Assembly: GCA_050942745.1 (NCBI GenBank) | Contig: JBMNNX010000001.1 | Location: 22,938-86,937 of the forward strand | Direction of reading: 5' to 3' | DNA length: 64,000 bases | Source of the DNA: Myxococcales bacterium | GTDB lineage: Bacteria; Myxococcota; Myxococcia; Myxococcales; UBA5297 | Shown here: positions 1-7,043 of the stretch, in pieces | Layout: each line of letters starts with the position of its first letter | How positions within the stretch are numbered: the stretch's first letter is position 1 | Notes under the pieces: model-generated | Database searches by the model: none | Told to the model about the DNA's origin: nothing | Seen by the model: the letters and a program-made list of their open reading frames with translations, nothing else | Translations under genes and position numbers: made by a program

Positions 1-2
1 GC

Positions 3-422
3 ATCGCGGGCGCCGAGGTCGGCACGCTCGAGTCGGGCACGAACGCCGGCGCCATCACCCGGTACACCGGCGGCAAGGCCGGCTGGCCGTGGTGCGCGCG
101 GTTCGTCTCGTGGTGCTATCGGCAGGCTGGCATGCCGTTGCCCGGCGGCGACCAGTGGGCCGTCGCCGCCATCAAGTCCACGATCCGCCGGCTCGGGCAG
201 TGGCGCGACCCGCGCGACCTGCAGCCCGGGATGGCCTGCGTGCTCGCGACGCGCTCGCACATCGAGCTCGTCTCCAGTCCGGTGCACCAGGACGGCAAGC
301 TGACCGGCTTCATGACCATCGGCGCGGACACCCCGGCCCCTGGCGCCCGGCACCAGGGCGTCGGGCAGCGGTTCCGCGGGCTCGGCGGGCTCGAGGGCGG
401 CGGTTTTCCGGTCCGGATCTAG
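3..422 (+). CDS. CHAP-domain peptidoglycan amidase/peptidase, C-terminal part (5' end lies outside the window)
   Basis: The frame is open from the window edge to TAG at 420-422. The translation ...GKAGWPWCARFVSWCYRQAG...TRSHIELV... carries the Cys (PWC) and His (SHIE) motifs typical of CHAP/NlpC-like amidases. Confidence 0.6.
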   Translation: MAGAEVGTLESGTNAGAITRYTGGKAGWPWCARFVSWCYRQAGMPLPGGDQWAVAAIKSTIRRLGQWRDPRDLQPGMACVLATRSHIELVSSPVHQDGKLTGFMTIGADTPAPGARHQGVGQRFRGLGGLEGGGFPVRI

Positions 423-437
423 ATCGAGGGCGGCCCG

Positions 438-1421
438 CTACTGCGCGAGCGCCGCCTTCAGCCGCTTGCGCAGATCGCTCGCGACCACGACGACCTTCTG
501 CCCCCCGCGCACGCCGACGAAGGCAAGCCCCATCCGCCGCAGCCACGCGAGCGGCCCGGAGGGCGGTCGCGCGGTCCAGTAGAAACCGTCGGCCTCGTCC
601 AGGCCGGGCTTCTCGACCGCGTCCAGGTAGCGCATCGCCCCTCCGCGCTCGAGGATCTTCGCGAGCAGCTCGCGCGCTTCGTCTGGCAGCCCGGCAACGA
701 GCACCTCGAGCTGCTCCTCGTCGCCGAGGTAGTCGGCGATAGCCTTGCGGCGGGCGGCGCGCGGGGCGCCGAGGGCCGCGTCCGGCAAGTCGAGGCCGAG
801 GATGTCGAAGATGGCGCTGGCCCAGTCCGAGGGCAGGTGCGCGAGCAACGCCTCGAGAGTCGCGGGCTCGGGCAGAAGCTTCTGCTCAGCGCTCTGCCGC
901 ATGCGGACCTCGTCGGCGGTGACGGGCTTGCCCCGGAAACCGGTCAGCGAAGGCATCAGCGTCTGCTCGCCGGTCAGCACGTTGGTCTCGGCGACGAACG
1001 CGGGCAGCTCGCCGACGCGCCGGAGGATCTCCGCGTCATCGACCCTGGCGACCGTCTCGTAGTCGAACACCCCGCCGGCGAGCCGGTCGCCGAGCCTCTC
1101 GAGCAGCCGCGAGCGCAGATCGATAAGCTCGCGCCAGACCTTCTCAAGCTCCTCGGCGTGCGCGGGGACGTCCTCGGGCGAGAGGCGCTGGGCCTCGCGC
1201 AGCCCGACGTACAGGTAGACGTTCGCCGCGCAGTGCTCCCAGGCGTCGAGCTCGCTGGCGATGGCCGCGCGCGACACCTCGCCCGCCTCGATCGCCCGCT
1301 CGATGCCCAGCTCGAAACAGCAGGTCCGGTCGGCGAGGACCGCGACGCGATCGAGCAGCCACTCGAGGCGCGGCGTCCCCGGCTCCCAGGGCAGCTCGGG
1401 CCAGGGGTTCGGGTCCTTCAT
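438..1421 (-). CDS. uncharacterized cytoplasmic protein, paralog of 60838..61815
   Basis: ATG at 1419-1421, 327 aa, no signal peptide. It shares motifs with the 325-aa ORF at 60838..61815: WEP, EWLLDR, AGEV, LDAW, MR.SAEQ..LP, LPSDW, and GLDEADGFYW..RPPSGPLA.LRR.GL.FVG. Confidence 0.75.
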   Translation of the reverse strand: MKDPNPWPELPWEPGTPRLEWLLDRVAVLADRTCCFELGIERAIEAGEVSRAAIASELDAWEHCAANVYLYVGLREAQRLSPEDVPAHAEELEKVWRELIDLRSRLLERLGDRLAGGVFDYETVARVDDAEILRRVGELPAFVAETNVLTGEQTLMPSLTGFRGKPVTADEVRMRQSAEQKLLPEPATLEALLAHLPSDWASAIFDILGLDLPDAALGAPRAARRKAIADYLGDEEQLEVLVAGLPDEARELLAKILERGGAMRYLDAVEKPGLDEADGFYWTARPPSGPLAWLRRMGLAFVGVRGGQKVVVVASDLRKRLKAALAQ

Positions 1422-1441
1422 GGTGTTCGCCTTGCTGTCGC

Positions 1442-1487
1442 GACAAACAAAGAAGGAGGCCCCGCCGCGTCGCCGAAGCGGGGCCTC
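1442..1487 (-). terminator. rho-independent terminator downstream of the SPFH gene
   Basis: On the minus strand: GAGGCCCCGC-12 nt loop-GCGGGGCCTC (10-bp perfect stem, 1456-1465 / 1478-1487), followed by CTTCTTTGTTTGT. Confidence 0.65.
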
Positions 1488-1531
1488 GATTCACTTCTCG
1501 CGGCGAGCATCGCCCGCCCGCGCAAGGCGCG

Positions 1532-2704
1532 CTAGCCGGCCGCCTTGCCGCAGCTCGGGCAGAACTTGGCTCCCGGGGCGAGCTCGGTGCCGCACTCGCA
1601 CTTCTTCGGCCCCGCCACGGGCTTGCCGCAGTTGGAGCAGAACTTCGCGCCGGGCGCGAGCTCGGCGCCGCACTCGCACTTCGGGTCGACGGCGGCGAGC
1701 GGCTTGCCACAGGAGCTGCAGAACTTGCCCGGAGGGGTCTGCGAGCCGCACGAGGGGCAGCGGATCGTCTGCGGCTGCTGCACGGCCTGCTGCTGCACCA
1801 ACTGCTGCTGGGCGAACATGTTGGCCATGCCGAAGCCCATGCCCATCCCCATGCCGCCGAGCGCGCCGCTGGCGCCCTCGCCGCCCTTGGCCATGCCCTG
1901 GCCGGCCCCGCGCATCATCTCCGCCTGCGCGACCGCCATGTAGGCCGGGTTTTGGGCGAGCGCCATCCGCCGCTGGTCGTCGGCGATGGCCGTGTTGCGC
2001 CGGTTCAGCTCGGCCTTGTCCTCGTCGCTGATCGAGAGGACGAAGTTGCCGAACTGTACGACCTGGATCCCGTAGCGATCGATCTCGTCCTTGATCTGCT
2101 TGAGGACCGCCTCCTGCAACTCGAGCTTGAAGTGCGGGCTGATCATCTTGTTGAGCGACCAGCCCTGCTCGCCCAGCTCGCCGACGGCATCCGACATGTA
2201 CTTCATGAGGATGCCCTTGAACCAATCGAGGAAGGCGTTGTTGGTCTGCAGCTCCTTGCCCGAGCCGACCATCCCGAAGATGAGCTTCTCGGGGTCGGTC
2301 ACCTTCACCGAGAAGTCGCCGTAGACCATCGCGTCGCACATCATCTGCGTGACGGTGTCGGTCACCGAGCCGAGCGGGCCACCGAACTTGATCGAGGGCA
2401 CCTCGCGGGTCGAGACGAAGTAGAGCTCGGCGACAAAGAGGTTGCCGTCGGTCACCTTCTCGAGCAGCGCCGAGAGGAAGGGGATGTTCTTGGCGTCAAG
2501 GCTGTAGGTGCCGCCGGGGCCGAGGTGGCCAGCCACCTTCCCGTCCTTGACGAAGATCGCCATCTCGTCGGGCTGGCAGGTGAGCTGCGTCAGCATCCGG
2601 ATGTTCTTCTCCGGGTACCGATAGATGATGTCCTGGCGGGCCTCATCGGAGCGGGCGATGAAGTTGCGCTTGGCCTCGTTGGCGATGGAGCTGAAAATCC
2701 CCAT
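1532..2704 (-). CDS. SPFH/band-7 family protein with three C-terminal zinc ribbons (YdjI / 'virion core protein'-like)
   Basis: Start re-set to ATG 2702-2704 (MGIFSSIANEAKRNF...), with GGAG upstream. The SPFH-like body is followed by a Gly/Met/Gln-rich linker and three C..C-(10-12)-C..C ribbons (CPSCG..FCSSCG, CECG..FCSNCG, CECG..FCPSCG). Confidence 0.7.
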   Translation of the reverse strand: MGIFSSIANEAKRNFIARSDEARQDIIYRYPEKNIRMLTQLTCQPDEMAIFVKDGKVAGHLGPGGTYSLDAKNIPFLSALLEKVTDGNLFVAELYFVSTREVPSIKFGGPLGSVTDTVTQMMCDAMVYGDFSVKVTDPEKLIFGMVGSGKELQTNNAFLDWFKGILMKYMSDAVGELGEQGWSLNKMISPHFKLELQEAVLKQIKDEIDRYGIQVVQFGNFVLSISDEDKAELNRRNTAIADDQRRMALAQNPAYMAVAQAEMMRGAGQGMAKGGEGASGALGGMGMGMGFGMANMFAQQQLVQQQAVQQPQTIRCPSCGSQTPPGKFCSSCGKPLAAVDPKCECGAELAPGAKFCSNCGKPVAGPKKCECGTELAPGAKFCPSCGKAAG

Positions 2705-2746
2705 GTCGTCTCCTTCCTTCGGTGGCGCCCAAAAAAATGCGCGCGA

Positions 2747-2776
2747 ATCGTAACCTGCTCGCGCCGATAGCTGCAA
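2747..2776 (-). promoter_or_regulatory. candidate sigma70-type promoter for the SPFH gene
   Basis: Minus strand TTGCAG (2771-2776), 18-nt spacer, TACGAT (2747-2752), about 45 nt upstream of the ATG. The -35 sits inside an 8-bp inverted repeat, GCCGATAG..CTATCGGC (2764-2771 / 2804-2811). Confidence 0.3.
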
Positions 2777-3045
2777 TTGGCGCGCCCCCTTGGCGGGCGT
2801 AACTATCGGCCCTCGATTTCCGGCAGAACGAGCCTGCTCGCGGCGCGCTCCAGCGGTGGTTTTCGCCGACAACAGGCGTGCCTTCCCAACCGCGCTTCGC
2901 GCCGCTCCACTCCCGGCCGATTCGACCGGGCCCAAGACCCAACTTGCGTCGGTCGCAAGTTATGCCGGAGTGCGACCGAGCCTGCCCCGCGACCTCGCTC
3001 GCGCCGGCCGCAAGCTGCGCGCCGGGCCCTCCGCCCGTTGCTGAG

Positions 3046-3831
3046 TCAGGACCAGCGAGTGAGCAGCCGGTCACGATCGAAGAAGCGCACCGCGACCCGC
3101 AGCATCACGACGTCGGCGGCCAGAGCGGCGAGCGCGGTCAGCGCGTAGGCGAGCGGGCCAAAGGCGAGCAGTCCGACGAACTGCAGGACCACGACGCCGA
3201 CGAAGGGCATGACCACCAGCCCCGCGAGCGACTGCGCGAGCCGCACGTCGCTCACCCGCGCGCTGATCAGCACCGAGATGCAGTTGCCGAGGAACGACAG
3301 CAGCGGCGCGAGCACGAAGACGGCGAAGAGGAAGGTGGCGTCCGGCAGCACGAGCCGGCCGAGCAGCGGCCAGCAGATGAGATCGGCACCGACGGCGAAC
3401 ACCACGAAGGCGACGAGCGTGATTCCCGTCGCCGGCACGACCGTCGCGAGGCTCTTCCCGAGCACCAGCTCGCGCGCGGTGATCGGCGTGGCGAGCAGCG
3501 GCTCGAGCGTGCGGCGCTCCTTCTCTCCGGCGACCGACTGCGAGGCGATGAGCACCGGCAGGAAGACCGGCATCGCCAAGAAGAGCCCAATGGCGTTGCG
3601 CAGCGTCACCTGGACGATGGCCTCGGAGATCGGCGTGTCGCCGAGGTCTCCGACGTACCAGCGCGCTATCGCCGCCACGCTCGGATCGTTCGCACCGCGC
3701 ACGTAGGTCGCGAGAACGAAGAGCGAGACGACGACCATCGTGATCGGCAGCCCGCTCAGCGAGGCGATCAGCGAGCGGTTGGAGAGGATTTCGGAGAGCT
3801 CCTTGCGGAGGACAATCGCGGCGCGGCCCAT
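3046..3831 (-). CDS. ABC-2 type transporter permease
   Basis: 261 aa with about 6 hydrophobic spans. It has the N-terminal ...LRKELSEILSNR... and GEKERRTLEPLL motif typical of ABC-2/NatB-like permeases. ATG at 3829-3831. Confidence 0.7.
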   Translation of the reverse strand: MGRAAIVLRKELSEILSNRSLIASLSGLPITMVVVSLFVLATYVRGANDPSVAAIARWYVGDLGDTPISEAIVQVTLRNAIGLFLAMPVFLPVLIASQSVAGEKERRTLEPLLATPITARELVLGKSLATVVPATGITLVAFVVFAVGADLICWPLLGRLVLPDATFLFAVFVLAPLLSFLGNCISVLISARVSDVRLAQSLAGLVVMPFVGVVVLQFVGLLAFGPLAYALTALAALAADVVMLRVAVRFFDRDRLLTRWS

Positions 3832-4049
3832 AGGCTCACGGTTCTTTCATTCGGCGGATGGGGCCGTCAACGGCAGGCATGATGCGCCGGCTTCGGAGGC
3901 TGGACGGCGGAGCGGGACGAGGATGGACGGCGGAGCTCCAGCTCCGCCACGCCGTACCGATTGGCTGGGCGGCCAGGGCGGCGCGAAAGCCCCAGCGGCC
4001 GAGCACAATCACCACCTCAACTCTCGACCCTCGACCCTCGGGCTGTCGG
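3808..4049. repeat. direct repeat copy A (about 242 bp): permease first 8 codons plus its upstream region
   Basis: Aligns by eye at roughly 85% identity with 4951..5193. It begins gaggacaatcgcggcgcggcc and ends with the ctcgaccctcgaccctcg heptads. Confidence 0.85.
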
Positions 4050-4405
4050 TCGACGCATCGCCCCCGGTAAGCCAAGTGCCCGGCGCGCCTGAAGAAGGCC
4101 TGTGCCAGGCAGCGCGATGCGAACGGCGCGCATCACCGCACTCGGGGAGGCGACGACGATCACGAAGGCCCCGGTGTCCGAACAGTAGTAGGCAGTATTC
4201 GCAGAGCCATGTCGGCAATCGGCGACCACCGTACCCGCCCTTGCCGCGTGGGCTTTTCGACTTGCGCGGTTCGTGAGGCGTGAGGCTCCGAGTAGGCTGC
4301 TCGGGGCTCGAAGACGGAACCCCGCCCCGACGAATCGAGGCCGGGCACTCCAAAGTCGCCTCTTCCAGCGGCCAGTCGCCTGCTGGGATTTTGAAGAAGC
4401 CTCTG

Positions 4406-4814
4406 GCATCCGCCAATCGTCTTCTGGGAGACAGAGAACGGCTTTGGCGCGCGCCAATCGTGTTCTGGGCGACAGAGAACGGCTTTGGCGCCAGCTAATC
4501 GTGTTCTGGGCGACAGAGAACGGCTTTGGCGCCCGCCAATCGCGTTCTGGGAGTCAGAGAAGGCCTCGGGCGCTGGGAAATCGCGTTCTGGGAGCCAGAG
4601 AACGGCTTTGGCGCCCGCCAATCGCGTTCTGGGAGCCAGAGGAGGCCTCGGGCGCCCGCCAATCGCGTTCTTGGCGCCGGAGAAGGCCTTTGGCGCCCGC
4701 CAATCGCGTTCTTGGAGCCGGATAAGGCCTCTGGCGCCCGCCAATCGTCTTCTGGGAGTCAGAGAACAGCTTTGGCGCGCGCCAATCGCGTTCTGGGAGC
4801 CGGAGAAGGCCGTG
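4406..4814. repeat. tandem array, 10 units of about 41 bp, each an imperfect hairpin
   Basis: Consensus GGCGCCCGCCAATCGCGTTCTGGGAGCCAGAGAAGGCCTTT. Ten consecutive units were read directly. 41 is not a multiple of 3, so all three frames give the same pseudo-peptide. There are no spacers. Confidence 0.9.
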
Positions 4815-4950
4815 GCTCCGACTCAGCCTCTCGGCAACCGCGTTCCCGCGAGCGCGAGCACCCTGTCGAATTGAGCCCGGGTCACCGGCGCCACCGAAAG
4901 CCGCGTGCGCGTCACCAGCGCGAAGTCCTTCAGCGCCCCGTCCACTTCAC

Positions 4951-5193
4951 GAGGACAATCGCGGCGCGGCCGACAGGCCCACGGTCCTTTCGTTCGGCGG
5001 ATGGGGTCGTCAACGGCGGGCACGATTCGCCGGCTTCGGAGGCTGGACAGCGGAACGGGACGAGGCGAGACGCCGGAGCCAGCTCCGCCCCACCGTGCCG
5101 ATAGCTGGGCGGCCAGGGCGGCGCGAAGCCCCAGCGGCCGAGCACAATCACGACTTCAACTCTCGACCCTCGACCCTCGACTCTCGACTGTCG
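4951..5193. repeat. direct repeat copy B (about 243 bp) with a relic permease start (ATG replaced by GTC)
   Basis: The minus strand reads V-G-R-A-A-I-V-L, against M-G-R-A-A-I-V-L for the real permease, then diverges and hits a stop after 14 codons. Confidence 0.85.
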
Positions 5194-5254
5194 CCGGCAA
5201 TGTCAGCCCCCCTTGCTAGCCTCCTCGCACCACACTTCGAGGAGGCCCCCGACC

Positions 5255-5500
5255 ATGACGATCCGCAGCCCGAGCAACGCGCAGGTGATCCGCCACGAGA
5301 CCTTCGACGCGACCGAGCTCCGCGCCTTGCGCGCACACCGCAAGGGCAAGATGCGCCTGCTGCTCGAGGTGAACGCCTCGCGCCTTTCGAGCCTGCTCGC
5401 GGCCGACGACGACCGGCAGCTCTACCGCTGCACCGAGTTCGACAGCGAGGCCGAGCTGCTCTCGGCCTTCGAGCGCGCCGCGCTCGCGCTCGCGCGCTAG
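5255..5500 (+). CDS. small hypothetical protein (81 aa)
   Basis: ATG at 5255 is preceded by GGAGG at 5241-5245. Third positions are G/C-rich. I recognise no motif. Confidence 0.45.
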   Translation: MTIRSPSNAQVIRHETFDATELRALRAHRKGKMRLLLEVNASRLSSLLAADDDRQLYRCTEFDSEAELLSAFERAALALAR

Positions 5501-5684
5501 TCGCGGCAAGACCGGCGCGGGGAACGGGCTCGAACGACTCGGCCCGGGGGCGAAGCTCCCGCCCGGAATTCGGGCTCCAGCTTCACGCCGCCTGGCGAAG
5601 GCTGGGGCTCCGGCCTGCCTCGGCCCTTCGCCCCGCGCGCAAGAATCGCCGCGTAAGGCTTCGCCTCGCTGCCGCCTTCCCGTC

Positions 5685-6014
5685 TCAGCGCATCTTGCAG
5701 CGCTCGATACAGGCGACCAGCTCGCGCAGGTGCGGCTCCTCTATCCGGTAGAGCGCGTGCCCGCCCCTTCGCGTGGCAGCGACCAGGCGGCGCATCCGCA
5801 GTATTCGCAACTGCTGCGAAACGATGGCCTGCTTTGCCTCGAGCAGCTCAGCGAGCCGTTTGACGTGGAGCGGCTCCTCGCACAGCAGGGCGATGATCTG
5901 CAGCCGCAGCGGATGGGCGACAGCCTTGAGGATCTCGGCCGCTTGCTCAGCCTTCTCCGGCTCGATGGGCTTCAAGGAGGGCGCGTGCTTTCGACGGGCT
6001 AGGGTCCCGGGCAT
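5685..6014 (-). CDS. ArsR/SmtB-family transcriptional regulator
   Basis: Winged-helix signature ...LKAVAHPLRLQIIALLCEEPLHVKRLAELLEAKQAIVSQQLRILRMRRLV.... The start was chosen at ATG 6012-6014 (GGAG 7 nt upstream) rather than 6050, which lacks an RBS. Confidence 0.8.
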   Translation of the reverse strand: MPGTLARRKHAPSLKPIEPEKAEQAAEILKAVAHPLRLQIIALLCEEPLHVKRLAELLEAKQAIVSQQLRILRMRRLVAATRRGGHALYRIEEPHLRELVACIERCKMR

Positions 6015-6053
6015 GAGATCGCTCCAGTGGACAGACGCACGACCGTTCATCTA

Positions 6054-6992
6054 TCAGATTTCACTGGTCGACTGGCCAGCGCCGCCGCCGACGAGCTCGA
6101 GGTAGGCGCGCTCGAGCTCACGCGCCGCGGGCCTGACCGCCTGGATCCTCCCGCCGAGCGCGACGATCCGGCCGACGAGCTCGGGGACGCCGTCGGAAGC
6201 GGCGATGCGCACGCGCAGCGTCCCCGCCTCGGCCTCCACCGCCTCGATCCCCGGCGCGCCTCGCAGCCTCTCGGCGAGCCCAGCGGCCTCTTCGGCCAGC
6301 TCGATGGCGACATGGCTTGTGCCCGAGAGCAGGCTCGAGATCTCGCCCATGGCGAGGATGCGCCCCTTGACGATCGCCACCCGGTCGCACAGCCGCTCGG
6401 CCTCGTCGAGGTTGTGGGTGCACAGGACGATGGTGCGCCCCTCGCCGGCGAGCCGCTCGACCAGCGCGCGCACGGTGGCGCTCGCCTCCGGGTCGAGCCC
6501 GCTCGTCGGCTCGTCGAGGAAGACGACCTTCGGCTCGTGGATGAGCGTCCGGGCGATGGCGAGCTTCTGGCGCATGCCCTTCGAGAAGCCGCCGACCCGC
6601 TCGTGCTCGCGCCCGCTCAGCCCGAAGGTTTCGAGCACCTTCCCGATGCGCTCGCGCGCCGTCGCTTCCTCGACCCCGTAGAGGCGCGCGAAGTAGAGCA
6701 GGTTCTCGAGCGCGCTGAGCCGGTCGTACAGCCCAGGCTGCTCGGTGAGCAGGCCGACCGAGGCGCGCACGCCGAGGTCGTCGGCGCCCAGCCGCAGCCC
6801 GCAGATCTCGGCCTCGCCCTCGCTCGGCGCGAGCAGGGCGCACAGCATGCGCACCGTGGTCGTCTTGCCGGCGCCGTTGGGCCCGAGCAGACCGAAGACC
6901 TCGCCCTTGCCGACCGAGAAGCTGAGCCCCTCGACTGCCGTGCGCTCGCCGAAGCGGCGCCCGAGGTTGCGGGCAACGATCGCCTCGCTCAT
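6054..6992 (-). CDS. ABC transporter ATP-binding protein (ABC-2 exporter type)
   Basis: Walker A GPNGAGKTT, signature FSKGMRQKL, Walker B VVFLDEPTSGLD, and H-loop CTHNL. Confidence 0.9.
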   Translation of the reverse strand: MSEAIVARNLGRRFGERTAVEGLSFSVGKGEVFGLLGPNGAGKTTTVRMLCALLAPSEGEAEICGLRLGADDLGVRASVGLLTEQPGLYDRLSALENLLYFARLYGVEEATARERIGKVLETFGLSGREHERVGGFSKGMRQKLAIARTLIHEPKVVFLDEPTSGLDPEASATVRALVERLAGEGRTIVLCTHNLDEAERLCDRVAIVKGRILAMGEISSLLSGTSHVAIELAEEAAGLAERLRGAPGIEAVEAEAGTLRVRIAASDGVPELVGRIVALGGRIQAVRPAARELERAYLELVGGGAGQSTSEI

Positions 6993-7043
6993 CGCGGGCT
7001 CGAGCGGCGCCGGGGAGTCTCCCTGGGCTCGGCGCGCATCCTC

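Noticed and set aside
89-742. A 217-aa plus-strand ORF and other small ORFs overlapping the CHAP gene and paralog A.
   Set aside because: They are Arg/Ala/Pro-rich alternate-frame or antisense products of demonstrably coding regions, starting at GTG with no RBS.
4093-4110. A sigma54-like element on the minus strand (CTGGCAC-aggcc-TTCTT) pointing toward the permease gene.
   Set aside because: The -24 TGGCAC is good, but the essential -12 GC is missing (TTCT instead of TTGC). It also lies about 265 nt from the ATG.
4406-4814. The 41-bp array as a possible CRISPR array.
   Set aside because: The units are contiguous with no unique spacers, they diverge from one another, and no cas genes or leader are present in the window.
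4160-5104. ORFs translating the 41-bp array in all frames (for example 4160..4744 -, 4273..4725 +, 4485..4874 +, 4526..5104 +), giving ...APANRVLG.RE.LWRPPIAFWEPE... peptides.
   Set aside because: The same peptide appears in three frames because the period is 41 bp. This is a repeat artefact, not coding sequence.
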